A stretch of 45,309 nt of DNA from a virus. This document shows, piece by piece, positions 1-8,112 of the stretch. The notes beneath the pieces were generated by a model that searched no databases, had not been told where the DNA came from, and worked only from the letters and a program-made list of their open reading frames with translations. Position 1 is the first letter of the stretch, and every line of letters begins with the position of its first letter. The stretch is taken from positions 1-45,309 of IMG/VR virus record IMGVR_UViG_3300005294_000003, one strand, 5' to 3'. A program made the translations under genes and the position numbers.

Positions 1-42
1 TTGGCGGTCACTTGAAAACCTCCGGCCTGTGACGGCGGGTAT
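1..42. repeat. Terminal overlap copy 1 (identical to 45268-45309); contig closes on itself
   Basis: First 42 nt ttggcggtcacttgaaaacctccggcctgtgacggcgggtat equal the last 42 nt of the window. Confidence 0.95.
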
Positions 43-48
43 CGGAGG
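12..48 (-). terminator. Hairpin plus T-run after the 65-aa gene (intrinsic-terminator-like; also reads as hairpin+TTTTT on + strand)
   Basis: cctccg (19-24) pairs with cggagg (43-48), inner gcc/ggc pair; minus-strand continuation is ttttcaagtg, plus-strand continuation is cttttta. Confidence 0.4.
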
Positions 49-63
49 CTTTTTACGTTCTTT

Positions 64-261
64 TTAAGAAGTTGTAGGTTTCTCCTGATAAATCCTATCA
101 ACTACTTCATAAGGAGCCCCACTCAACTTAATGGCTTCCTCCTTAGTACAATGATTCTTCTTCATGTTACGGATACCTGTTAGCAGTGCTACATTGTTGA
201 TAGGCACGCCCATGATTTCAGGAACTGTAGGATTCTCAACCTTTGGCTTTTCGTCTGCCAT
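64..261 (-). CDS. Hypothetical small protein (65 aa), last gene before the capsid gene across the junction
   Basis: Intact ORF in the tightly packed minus-strand operon; no motif recognised. Confidence 0.5.
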   Translation of the reverse strand: MADEKPKVENPTVPEIMGVPINNVALLTGIRNMKKNHCTKEEAIKLSGAPYEVVDRIYQEKPTTS

Positions 262-272
262 TTTATCCCTCC

Positions 273-1127
273 CTAGCCTATAGTAACCTTAGCATCACTA
301 CCAGGAATCTTCTTATAGAGGTCTTCAACATATTGTAGTGTAGCTGGGTCCTTGGAATGATACAGCGCATGTTTAGGATTAGCTTTGTTATTCATAATGT
401 CCGCATGCTCGGACTGTGCCTCCTGAAGTGTCATGGCTCCTGTCCCTCTGTTATTGTTACCATTCATTACGCTAGTATCAGCTTTAACACCTTTACTCAT
501 ACGCATTAGAATCCCGGTCAGGATAGGATGATTACCCAAACCAGTTTTTGCAAAGAAGGCCACATCTCTTTCAGACTTGAAAATCTGTGGAAAAAGCCGT
601 TTGGCATCTTCCAAAGTAGCATCATAGTCAGCGCCAAACTCCGCCTTCAATGCTGCTGTTGTTTCCTCATAGCTATAACCACTATCTAGGTCTTTAAGAC
701 CGTTGGTTAGTGCCTTTGTATGTAATTCAAGTAATTCTGGTACGGCAGCTTTTGGGATACCATGCTTCAATAGAGTTTTACCAAGTTCACCAGAAAGCTC
801 GTCACTCCAATTCAAACCTTCTGGAAGGTTTTCTGGCTTTTTGATTTCATATTCTTCAACCTTAGTTAACGGCCTATCGAGGACACCAGCCTCCCATAGC
901 TTAGGAAGATTATCGGTTTTCCATTTAATAACTTCTTCTGGCTTAGTTTTATCAATCTTCAATGGGAGGCGTGAACCAACTTCGCGGTGTGCCTCATAAC
1001 CACGCTTCACGAATGTAGCTAGATCTGGAGTCTCTTTAACAAATGGAATATCTTTAATAGGTACATCCTTACCATCTTGTTGCACTACAACAGTTGCAAG
1101 GTCAGGAGACTCAAACCACGCGCTCAT
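273..1127 (-). CDS. Putative scaffolding / capsid assembly protein (284 aa)
   Basis: Charged, helix-prone ORF located between portal and capsid genes, the typical podovirus scaffold position; no catalytic motif. Confidence 0.5.
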   Translation of the reverse strand: MSAWFESPDLATVVVQQDGKDVPIKDIPFVKETPDLATFVKRGYEAHREVGSRLPLKIDKTKPEEVIKWKTDNLPKLWEAGVLDRPLTKVEEYEIKKPENLPEGLNWSDELSGELGKTLLKHGIPKAAVPELLELHTKALTNGLKDLDSGYSYEETTAALKAEFGADYDATLEDAKRLFPQIFKSERDVAFFAKTGLGNHPILTGILMRMSKGVKADTSVMNGNNNRGTGAMTLQEAQSEHADIMNNKANPKHALYHSKDPATLQYVEDLYKKIPGSDAKVTIG

Positions 1128-1437
1128 TGCGATCTCCTATTGTTGCTAGTTCTTGTTCGTATCTAGTTAGATCTGGAATAGCCTCTGGTTTGTACTCTTG
1201 GAGGGCTTGGATATTTTTTAATATTTCATGTACCACGCTGCGCCTAGCGTTAGCAATACCAGGTCCCTCCGGATCTGTTCCTTCATAGACTGTACAATAA
1301 ACTGTATCCATTAAATGTTGCAAAACAGCCTGACCATCGGTTGTCAGTAGAAATACTCTATAGCAATGTAGTGTTTCCGGATTGTCATGATCCCGCCATT
1401 TAGCAGGAAGCCATTTACGAATAACGTCGGTAATCAC
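1111..1437 (-). CDS. Small head-module protein, Bbp19-like (108 aa)
   Basis: 4-nt overlap with portal stop; segment AVLQHLMDTVY...ARRSVVHEILKNI resembles small proteins encoded after portal genes in BPP-1-like phages (recollection only). Confidence 0.4.
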   Translation of the reverse strand: MITDVIRKWLPAKWRDHDNPETLHCYRVFLLTTDGQAVLQHLMDTVYCTVYEGTDPEGPGIANARRSVVHEILKNIQALQEYKPEAIPDLTRYEQELATIGDRNERVV

Positions 1438-3101
1438 TTGCGGCCACCTTGCATTAATTCCATAACAGGGGCGGCCTTATTAGCTGCATTTGCAGCTTGC
1501 TCCGCTTCTTGCAATAGTAATTCCTTTTCCTGTTGTTGCTGCCGTGCGGCACGTAACATAGTAACGCTACGGTCTGTATTACGCCATTTGGCTGGGAGGC
1601 CACGTAGGTCTTGTAGACCTTTAGCCACATTATCCTTATGCAACCAATCTAGAATACTTGGATCAATCTGTGCAAGTGGTGCTATATCATTTAGATATAG
1701 CATAAGGGCCTCAGCGTCCTCGGAACGCTGCATTCTTGCAAGTGGGTTCTGGAATTCTACATTAATAATACCATTGGTGCGTTGCATAGCAGGCGGCGGT
1801 GGTGCGAAATCGCCTGCGGCTAACTGAATAGAAAACATAATGGAAACGATACTTCGTAGTAATTCAAGTTCAGCGCGGCCATAGACCGGGCCAATTAGTT
1901 TATAGAGTAATTGTAGTTTTCTAGCAAACTCAAACGCTGTCATCTCACTTTTGTTAACTTCCATGAGATTTAGAATATGGTCTACGTAGAAGACCATTTT
2001 AACTGTCTTGCGCATTTCCTCTTCTTTAATATTTGAAATCTCTGGTCTAGAACCAGACTCAAAAGGCATCAATGTTTGACGAATGTCTTTGCCATGTGTA
2101 TTTAATTTGGTGTAGCCACCTGGAATCAAACGTAGACTACCAAATAAACCGTCATGCGTAACCATAACTGCAGGTCTAACTTTTAGAGCGTGATCTTCTA
2201 GACCAAGGCGTTTGGCGGAGTTCAAAGACCAAACATCAGGGAATGCAATATCACCGCGACCACGGCCCATTATCTCACCTGGGGTACGATGGTAACGTGG
2301 GCCGGAGGCGGGGAACACAGGGTAACCACTTTCAAAGATTACATCTTTAGACTCATTTTCCACCCAACACGATGCCCACGGCATTCCTTTGTTGCCATAA
2401 CCTTGCTCGCCTCTAGGTCTAGGATAAATCCCATGAATAATCTTAAATTGCCTATCAGGTTTACCTTCGGTTATTGCTTTTGCAACATTTTCTGGTATCT
2501 TACCAATTTTACTCCATTTGTCACTTATCTGCTGCGCAGTCATATAAAACTTGCGCCAACCCTCGTCAACTCTACCATTGATTCCTTCTTGAATGATGAA
2601 CCGGCCGGTTCGCTCCGCACTGAAATTGAAACCTCTAAAACCTTGGATAGTATGGTTAACAGGTTGTGCGTTTTCCTCACACATTAAATAGCCAGTACCA
2701 AACCCCACCCAATCTATTAAAGTCTCGGCACCTTCGGCATAAAATGCGCTGTCGGCGCAGCGACGCAGAGTCCTATCACGACTGTCTTGACACCATTCAT
2801 TGATTTCGTTTATCTCGTCGGTAGAGACTCCCGGCTGTTGCGGCATGGAATAGTCAAACCAACGCTGTCCGGGGTTGAATAATAAGCCTGCAATGAAATG
2901 CGAACACAATTCACTTGCAAGTAATGCTGTAGAATCATAAACCCCACTAGTTTGTTTATCTCCAGTAGTATATTCTGATAGAATTCCCACCCTGGAAGGC
3001 GCGATAAATGGAGCCATAGTATCGCAACGCGCAAAATGCGGCTGTGCGTTCTGCCATAAACGCTCGAAGGTTTTAATTGCTTCCTTGCCGTTAGCGGCCA
3101 T
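1434..3101 (-). CDS. Portal (head-tail connector) protein
   Basis: 555-aa ORF (566 aa if ATG 3134 is used) close downstream of terminase, after two small ORFs; ATG at 3101 is preceded by GGAG, ATG 3134 has no SD; size and position typical of podovirus portals. Confidence 0.7.
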   Translation of the reverse strand: MAANGKEAIKTFERLWQNAQPHFARCDTMAPFIAPSRVGILSEYTTGDKQTSGVYDSTALLASELCSHFIAGLLFNPGQRWFDYSMPQQPGVSTDEINEINEWCQDSRDRTLRRCADSAFYAEGAETLIDWVGFGTGYLMCEENAQPVNHTIQGFRGFNFSAERTGRFIIQEGINGRVDEGWRKFYMTAQQISDKWSKIGKIPENVAKAITEGKPDRQFKIIHGIYPRPRGEQGYGNKGMPWASCWVENESKDVIFESGYPVFPASGPRYHRTPGEIMGRGRGDIAFPDVWSLNSAKRLGLEDHALKVRPAVMVTHDGLFGSLRLIPGGYTKLNTHGKDIRQTLMPFESGSRPEISNIKEEEMRKTVKMVFYVDHILNLMEVNKSEMTAFEFARKLQLLYKLIGPVYGRAELELLRSIVSIMFSIQLAAGDFAPPPPAMQRTNGIINVEFQNPLARMQRSEDAEALMLYLNDIAPLAQIDPSILDWLHKDNVAKGLQDLRGLPAKWRNTDRSVTMLRAARQQQQEKELLLQEAEQAANAANKAAPVMELMQGGRK

Positions 3102-3276
3102 AATGCTCCGTATGCTGGCTCCGGCCAAAGTCATCTACACGTCTACGACTCTCAAGCAATGCTAGTGCATAATCATCGAGATAACGTTCAATGCTCCTGT
3201 GACCAAAGGGGCGCACTTGTTTAAGTCTCTTTTGCATTTCAGCTCTACTAAAAGCGCCGCCGTTTGGTCGTGGCAT
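3091..3276 (-). CDS. Hypothetical protein (61 aa)
   Basis: ORF preceded by GGGGAG SD (rc of 3284-3289); sits between terminase and portal. Confidence 0.45.
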   Translation of the reverse strand: MPRPNGGAFSRAEMQKRLKQVRPFGHRSIERYLDDYALALLESRRRVDDFGRSQHTEHYGR

Positions 3277-3280
3277 TTTT

Positions 3281-3475
3281 CTAACTCCCCAATGTTTCGA
3301 GACGTTGGCGAACCTCCTCGGACATCATATCATTACTTATCATAGTAGATCTATAACCACGTTGACGCTGCTTTCTTCTAATAGCTTCTGCATTAGCTTC
3401 TTGAACAAATTTATCCTGTTCTTTTGGAGCAGGAGCTACAACCTGCGGTTTAGGTGAACTACCTCCGCTGGCCAT
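3281..3475 (-). CDS. Small basic protein (64 aa from ATG 3475)
   Basis: ATG 3475 preceded by AAGGA; Arg/Lys-rich core IRRKQRQRGYRSTMIS similar to small proteins found near packaging genes of podoviruses. Confidence 0.45.
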   Translation of the reverse strand: MASGGSSPKPQVVAPAPKEQDKFVQEANAEAIRRKQRQRGYRSTMISNDMMSEEVRQRLETLGS

Positions 3476-4829
3476 ATATATTCCTTGGGTCAAAATCTAT
3501 TTCTACTTTAACCTCTTGGTCAAATTGGTGATCCCACATTAAAGGCTCAAACCCCGCCTCCTCACCAGTTCGGAGGGCGTCAGCCCCATGTGACCATTTA
3601 TCGTGTCTAGGTTTCTCACTGAAAACTTGGTCTTCTTCGTTAAATTCCCTATTGTAGTTACGAAGGCAATCAATGCCTTTGGCACATTTAAGTCTGTCGA
3701 AATAGAAACGATAGAAGTTACGGCGGATCTTTTCAATTTCAGCTTGCACACTTGGGGTTCTTTTGTCTACACAAACTACATTCTTGAACCCCATTTCACC
3801 AAGGTATTCCGCAGCGGCCCGCCCATCCCACGGTAGACACAACCGGCCATAAACATAAGGCTTTTGTTCACGTAGTAGTTTAACAACCCACTGCATTGAC
3901 TTCTGAGTTTCTTCTTCGTAATCTATAAAACGAATTGCACCATTTACAACTTGGTAAAACCAAATAGCCATAGCGTCGGCATGACCAAGGTCAAATAGAA
4001 CACCTACGGGATGGTTGGCAATGTAGGGAATATTATCAATACGGCCGTCGGCATCGGCCTTCATCATCATATCGCCATAGATCGTACCATACTGGAAACC
4101 AGTAAAATCACACCAAAATTCCTGTCTTAACCATTCTTCACGTTTGCCGCGCCTCCGGAACTCCTCAATGGTTTCCAAACTAACTACTGGGAGGCCGTTT
4201 TCACCAAGCGCGTCTCGTCGAGTATCTTCAATAGTTAGTTTTTGGCAGAACCAGTTGGGATTGTTATAGGCCATATCATATAGACGTTTTCCGTGATTCT
4301 CACCATTCGGGGTATAGGCAAACAATTGCCAGCCGTCATTTTCTGCAAATACGGGTTCCAAGGTATCCATTGCTGCTTCCATGTAGTCGCCATGTGCGTA
4401 CTCACTATATACTATTCCGATAGGATTAGGCCCTCTGAGTCTTTCAACTGCTTTCTTGTCATCCGCCCCCATTACTTGATATATAGAACCATTAACTAAC
4501 TGCAACTGCATTTCAGTTTCATTAGGTTTGGATGCCAGAAGTTCCTGTGGAAACATATCTATCATACGAAAGGAACGTTCAACACCATTAATCTTTTCTT
4601 GTAGAATATTATCCCAGAGGTCGCGGCGACCCTGATTTAACGCAGGGAACAAATGAAAATAGACACCTTGTCGCTTCAATGCTTCTTCCAAAGTAAAAGC
4701 CATAGCATTACGATCTTTGCCGGCACGGCGATGCCACAAACAAACAAAGTTCTTTTTACCCGCGAAGCGTGCCTGACGCACGGCCCTTTGGTAACTACGC
4801 GGGCGAAATATTTCCCTGACGATCGCCAT
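3459..4829 (-). CDS. terL: Terminase large subunit
   Basis: 456 aa; N-terminal Walker-A-like WHRRAGKD, acidic Walker-B-like stretch, C-terminal nuclease-sized half; adjacent to portal. Confidence 0.85.
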   Translation of the reverse strand: MAIVREIFRPRSYQRAVRQARFAGKKNFVCLWHRRAGKDRNAMAFTLEEALKRQGVYFHLFPALNQGRRDLWDNILQEKINGVERSFRMIDMFPQELLASKPNETEMQLQLVNGSIYQVMGADDKKAVERLRGPNPIGIVYSEYAHGDYMEAAMDTLEPVFAENDGWQLFAYTPNGENHGKRLYDMAYNNPNWFCQKLTIEDTRRDALGENGLPVVSLETIEEFRRRGKREEWLRQEFWCDFTGFQYGTIYGDMMMKADADGRIDNIPYIANHPVGVLFDLGHADAMAIWFYQVVNGAIRFIDYEEETQKSMQWVVKLLREQKPYVYGRLCLPWDGRAAAEYLGEMGFKNVVCVDKRTPSVQAEIEKIRRNFYRFYFDRLKCAKGIDCLRNYNREFNEEDQVFSEKPRHDKWSHGADALRTGEEAGFEPLMWDHQFDQEVKVEIDFDPRNIYGQRR

Positions 4830-5049
4830 ACATTATCTTTGGTTTAATAACATTGCTAGTTAATGTTATTACAACACGAATGGAAATTGTTTCACCGCAC
4901 CCACACCTGGCGGTTGTTATCTCATTGGTATTTGAGATTTCTATAACAGGAGGCGGGATGTGCTGCCAATGCTGCGCAAGCCATTGCTCTAGCAATGCAG
5001 CTTTCTTGAAACATATACTTTGGACAATGGTTGTTAGAATATCAGCCAT
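4795..5049 (-). CDS. Hypothetical protein (84 aa)
   Basis: ORF overlapping neighbours by short distances in the same operon; Cys pair CGCGE. Confidence 0.4.
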   Translation of the reverse strand: MADILTTIVQSICFKKAALLEQWLAQHWQHIPPPVIEISNTNEITTARCGCGETISIRVVITLTSNVIKPKIMYGDRQGNISPA

Positions 5050-5251
5050 GCTTTGCCTTAAAGGCTTGTACTAAAGCTTTTTCAACATATGGAAATGCCC
5101 ATGGCATAGCATCGTCAGCAACAAAAACTTTTGCTTTGTGACAATTATCTTCACACTTAGCATATACTTCATAAACAAGAGTATCAAATGGAGGCTTATG
5201 AAAAAAATATCCTTCTGGTTTCATATAGCTACCGAATATTTCAAGGTTCAT
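5042..5251 (-). CDS. Hypothetical protein (69 aa)
   Basis: ORF in operon, short overlaps with both neighbours. Confidence 0.45.
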   Translation of the reverse strand: MNLEIFGSYMKPEGYFFHKPPFDTLVYEVYAKCEDNCHKAKVFVADDAMPWAFPYVEKALVQAFKAKHG

Positions 5252-5813
5252 CTTTAAAAAGCTCCGCTATAACATGAGGTGGCATTTTCCCATTACGCAT
5301 TTTAAAAACTTGTGGCTCCATTTCCACAATCTCACCTTCCGCAGGCTCCAAATGCCCGGAGGGCATGAAATGCGGAAGACTCAATTGCTCTGGTGAAGCC
5401 ACAAGCTCCGACGCTGCAGGATCGCCATTTAACGTTGGTTCGTTATTAAGCCGGCTTTCTAATTCCGGCGCATGGTCACCTCCTATGACTAATTCTAGAA
5501 CGCCAGTCACAGGATCAATGCGTAACGCCACCTGCGGTGTTTTAACTTTATCTTGTTCCTGAACGTAAGTCCCGGCCACTTTCATTACTTTGTCAATTGC
5601 ACCCTGGCGGGCCATGTTATCTTCTACAAGGCGTTCGTCTGTAACTCTACCCTGAAATGTGAAAAACTCTGATTTCTTTGCATCCAATTGTTCATCTAAA
5701 CGTTCAAAGGCTTTTTGCAAAAGATCAGGCGGGGGTGCCAACCTAACAAATATCGCCCGGCGTATTGCTTCAACATCATAAGATATTGATTTTTTAACTA
5801 GTTTGTTGGCCAT
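5241..5813 (-). CDS. Hypothetical protein (190 aa); small terminase subunit is possible by position only
   Basis: First larger ORF upstream of terL; no motif recognised. Confidence 0.45.
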   Translation of the reverse strand: MANKLVKKSISYDVEAIRRAIFVRLAPPPDLLQKAFERLDEQLDAKKSEFFTFQGRVTDERLVEDNMARQGAIDKVMKVAGTYVQEQDKVKTPQVALRIDPVTGVLELVIGGDHAPELESRLNNEPTLNGDPAASELVASPEQLSLPHFMPSGHLEPAEGEIVEMEPQVFKMRNGKMPPHVIAELFKDEP

Positions 5814-5961
5814 TTGTATTTATATACCTGTGCTAGCATGCTGTCATGTTTGTAAGTTTCGTATTCCTTGGGAGGAAGTCTGTGTGGTGACATTGTTCTG
5901 AGGGCCTGGCCATCTGCTATATAACGATTAATTTCGGGTGGAAGTGTTAAAACTACGTAGT

Positions 5962-6090
5962 TCAATGTGTAAACCCTCTAGATTTACAATTCTCACACAC
6001 GCTGATTTTAACTATTTTGTCAGGGGCGGGGCAACGACATTGACTTATGATTGCTGTACACCATTTACATTTCTCTATATAGTGACTCAT
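5962..6090 (-). CDS. Small Cys-rich protein (42 aa)
   Basis: ATGA start/stop overlap with upstream gene at 6087-6090; MSHYIEKCKWC...CRC...CENCK; below ORF-track size cutoff. Confidence 0.35.
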   Translation of the reverse strand: MSHYIEKCKWCTAIISQCRCPAPDKIVKISVCENCKSRGFTH

Positions 6091-6404
6091 GTACCTAAAG
6101 CCTTGGCAACTAGCCAATCTAAAGGATTCTTCTTAGCAACTCGCGTCCTGGGCCTCCCAGCGTTTGCAAGTCTTGTTGTTTCAATTCCATGGAATAGCAT
6201 TTTACGAATCTTCAAAATCTCAGATTCTGAGAGAAAACGCTGCTCCCACACTGACCCAGGGCCCTGCCCATTACTTGTAGTCTTATATAAACCTGGGAAT
6301 TCCGCTTTATGTTTATATAGAAACGAATACAAATGATTCAAGGAAGGCATAGGAATCAATTCACAGGCAACTTCCAACGTTACTAATTGTTCAATCAACG
6401 CCAA
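6087..6404 (-). CDS. Putative helix-turn-helix DNA-binding protein (105 aa)
   Basis: LVTLEVACELIPMPSLNHLYSFLYKHK resembles excisionase/MerR-type HTH; second gene of the leftward operon next to the control region. Confidence 0.5.
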   Translation of the reverse strand: MALIEQLVTLEVACELIPMPSLNHLYSFLYKHKAEFPGLYKTTSNGQGPGSVWEQRFLSESEILKIRKMLFHGIETTRLANAGRPRTRVAKKNPLDWLVAKALGT

Positions 6405-6552
6405 TACTCACAATGCCAAAATTACTAATACGTACTGCCTTACTAGGCACAGGTGTAAACTCACCATGTTTACCACAGCTAGCGAAATTTTCCCAATCAT
6501 ACTTACATGCTTTGAAACATTCGAAGCAGTTAATGTCACGTAAATATGCCAT
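6391..6552 (-). CDS. Small Cys-rich protein (53 aa from ATG 6552)
   Basis: ATG 6552 preceded by AGGGGG SD (rc of 6557-6562); CFECFKACK...C motif; track start 6603 is GTG without SD. Confidence 0.45.
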   Translation of the reverse strand: MAYLRDINCFECFKACKYDWENFASCGKHGEFTPVPSKAVRISNFGIVSIGVD

Positions 6553-6601
6553 CTTACCCCCTACAGCAATGCTAGATAGACTACTCCTATCCACTAGGAA
6601 C

Positions 6602-6631
6602 ACTTTACCTTACCGATTCACTTCCTGTCAA
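6602..6631 (-). promoter_or_regulatory. Candidate sigma70-type leftward promoter
   Basis: Minus strand reads TTGACA (rc 6626-6631), 18-nt spacer, TAAAGT (rc 6602-6607), about 45 nt upstream of ATG 6552. Confidence 0.4.
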
Positions 6632-6873
6632 ATTTATTTTCCCTTCAAAAATCGCATACTTACAGCGCATTAACGCCCCGACGCCCGGCCGCGCTAGCGA
6701 AACTGCTTCACAGGCAGTTAAGTCTTAAATTAACTTTCCAAAACCAAAAATGCCTAAAAAACTTAAAAAAGTTTTTGGGAGGCAAAATGCCTAAAAAATC
6801 AAAGAGAGTGACTGCAAATTCCATGCCAAAAGACTCAAAAGCCCCCTGGCACCCCTCTTGCATTCTGCATATT

Positions 6874-6961
6874 CTGTGCCATTGACGCAATGCGTAATTA
6901 TCCACAAATTATCCACAATTGGGGTATTGTGGATAACTGCGGCACTGCGTCATTGGCACAG
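6874..6961. repeat. 20-bp imperfect inverted repeat flanking the DnaA-box cluster
   Basis: ctgtgccattgacgcaatgc (6874-6893) versus reverse complement of gcactgcgtcattggcacag (6942-6961): 18 of 20 match. Confidence 0.8.
6898..6936. promoter_or_regulatory. Cluster of three perfect DnaA boxes (TTATCCACA)
   Basis: TTATCCACA at 6898-6906 and 6909-6917, TGTGGATAA (inverted) at 6928-6936. Confidence 0.8.
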
Positions 6962-6987
6962 CGTATGCATTAGCACATAGTATGCCA

Positions 6988-7027
6988 ATCAACACAAATC
7001 AACATAAATCAACCTAAATCAATACTA
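6988..7027. repeat. Four tandem 10-bp repeats (AATCAACNNA), helically phased
   Basis: atcaacacaa atcaacataa atcaacctaa atcaatacta read directly at 6989-7028 region. Confidence 0.8.
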
Positions 7028-7032
7028 AATGG

Positions 7033-7071
7033 TCGGGCATTGTGCCCGAATAGGTCGGGCATTGTACCCGA
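7033..7071. repeat. Two tandem copies of a GGGCA-N3-TGCCC palindrome (operator-like)
   Basis: tcgggcattgtgcccga (7033-7049) and tcgggcattgtacccga (7055-7071), each inside a 22-bp direct repeat ggtcgggcattgt(g/a)cccga. Confidence 0.8.
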
Positions 7072-7120
7072 TGCGTAAGTATTTGATTTGATGTACATTT
7101 CTCGCTGTAACCTGTATAGA

Positions 7121-7137
7121 CAGGGCATAGTGCCCGA
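7121..7137. repeat. Third copy of the GGGCA-N3-TGCCC palindrome
   Basis: cagggcatagtgcccga. Confidence 0.7.
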
Positions 7138-7531
7138 TACTACACCAATGTATAGCACCATGGGTAGTGTAGTCTAGGAGAGCGACCACATTATGCTGTA
7201 TTAGGTATGTGGCACAGGGCCTGCAATACCATTGATGCGTAGGCGATGCGGGCGGTACAAGACCCGCAGAGACCAGGTAGGGCCTACACTCACTGACCAC
7301 GCCTTGCGGAAGCAAGGAAAGACAGTGATAGGACACGGCGCATAGCCCGTAGCGTGCCAAGCGTTTGCCTTGGTAGTGGCGGGGATTCGTTAGCAGCCTC
7401 CCTATAAAGAATATAACTCATTCTCCGAGCACTGACAATGCGGAGAGAATGAGACTAAGGCTAGGCATTGCCAACGCGTTGCGCGCTAGCACAGGCGCAG
7501 CGCGTCTACACTGAAAGAAAGGGATAGGACA

Positions 7532-7780
7532 ATGTGCAAACACAGTCTAAAGAGTGGTTGCGTTTACTGCCATGGCGCACAGCGCCAGAGCGTAAACGTC
7601 AATGGTACCCTGAACCCCAAGGTTTTAAGGCGTGATCGCCGAGCTCTAAACTACGCCTTGCGCGTAGAACAGGCAATGGTACAAGAAGGGCCATTAGCGC
7701 AGCGTGAACGCACGCCTAGCGGCTACCGCCCGATAGGGCGTAGCATGGCAAAGTGGTTAACGGGATACGCTGGTAACTAA
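7532..7780 (+). CDS. Doubtful basic ORF (82 aa) inside the control region
   Basis: ATG ORF with only a weak purine-rich stretch upstream (aagggataggacaATG); CxxxxxxCxxCH N-terminus; could be non-coding. Confidence 0.3.
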   Translation: MCKHSLKSGCVYCHGAQRQSVNVNGTLNPKVLRRDRRALNYALRVEQAMVQEGPLAQRERTPSGYRPIGRSMAKWLTGYAGN

Positions 7781-7798
7781 CCAAAGTCTAACCCAGGC

Positions 7799-7911
7799 GT
7801 GACACTGCGCTGGCGCGGTCAGGGGCAAACGGCCAATGGCTACGCCAGTTTGCCTATGGTGACACTCTCCGAGGCAAACGGCCTTTAATGGCAGGGGTTT
7901 ACGCGACACTG
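7799..7911. repeat. Three direct copies of a GTGACACTG-like motif left of the AT-rich island
   Basis: gtgacactg 7799-7807, gtgacactc 7859-7867 (60 bp later), gcgacactg 7903-7911. Confidence 0.75.
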
Positions 7912-7965
7912 CCGGTTCGCTAGGTAGCCGTGGCTAGGCGCCCCCCGAGTGATAGACTATGGAAG

Positions 7966-8040
7966 TTAGATTTTGAATTATATATACAAGTAATATATTA
8001 TAATAATAATATAATATTAAAACATATACTAAAGACTATT
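7966..8040. other. AT-rich island (candidate DNA unwinding element and/or early promoter TTGAAT-17-TATTAT)
   Basis: Hand count 8 G/C in 75 nt, embedded in GC-rich flanks; TTGAAT 7973-7978, 17-nt spacer, TATTAT 7996-8001. Confidence 0.45.
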
Positions 8041-8112
8041 CCTCCCTGGGCCCCGGGGCCATGGAGACCCCTACCTAGGAAACTGCCGTTGTCCTGTAAC
8101 TGCTTGAAAACA

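Noticed and set aside
1-42. Interpreting the 42-bp repeat as the true physical direct terminal repeat of the virion DNA
   Set aside because: The repeat is truncated by the window ends and is short compared with typical podovirus terminal repeats. It is equally consistent with an assembler overlap of a circular or permuted genome, and sequence alone cannot decide.
703-2687. Plus-strand ORFs 703-999, 1094-1288, 1387-1827 and 2289-2687 inside the scaffold and portal genes
   Set aside because: All lie antisense to longer, better supported minus-strand genes and have Ser/Arg/Cys-rich shadow-frame composition.
6087-6404. Lysogeny module (repressor or excisionase) implying a temperate phage
   Set aside because: There is only a small HTH protein. 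No integrase, recombinase, attP-like site or CI/Cro-type divergent pair was recognised, so lifestyle is left open and leans lytic.
6988-7071. CRISPR-like array
   Set aside because: The repeats are only 10 bp and directly abutting (no spacers), or are two 22-bp units. This is iteron/operator-like, not CRISPR.
7140-7930. tRNA gene in the GC-rich non-coding region (for example around ggttcgctagg at 7913)
   Set aside because: I could not build a cloverleaf: there is no matching acceptor or T-arm pairing and no GTTCRANYC-type loop with flanking stems.
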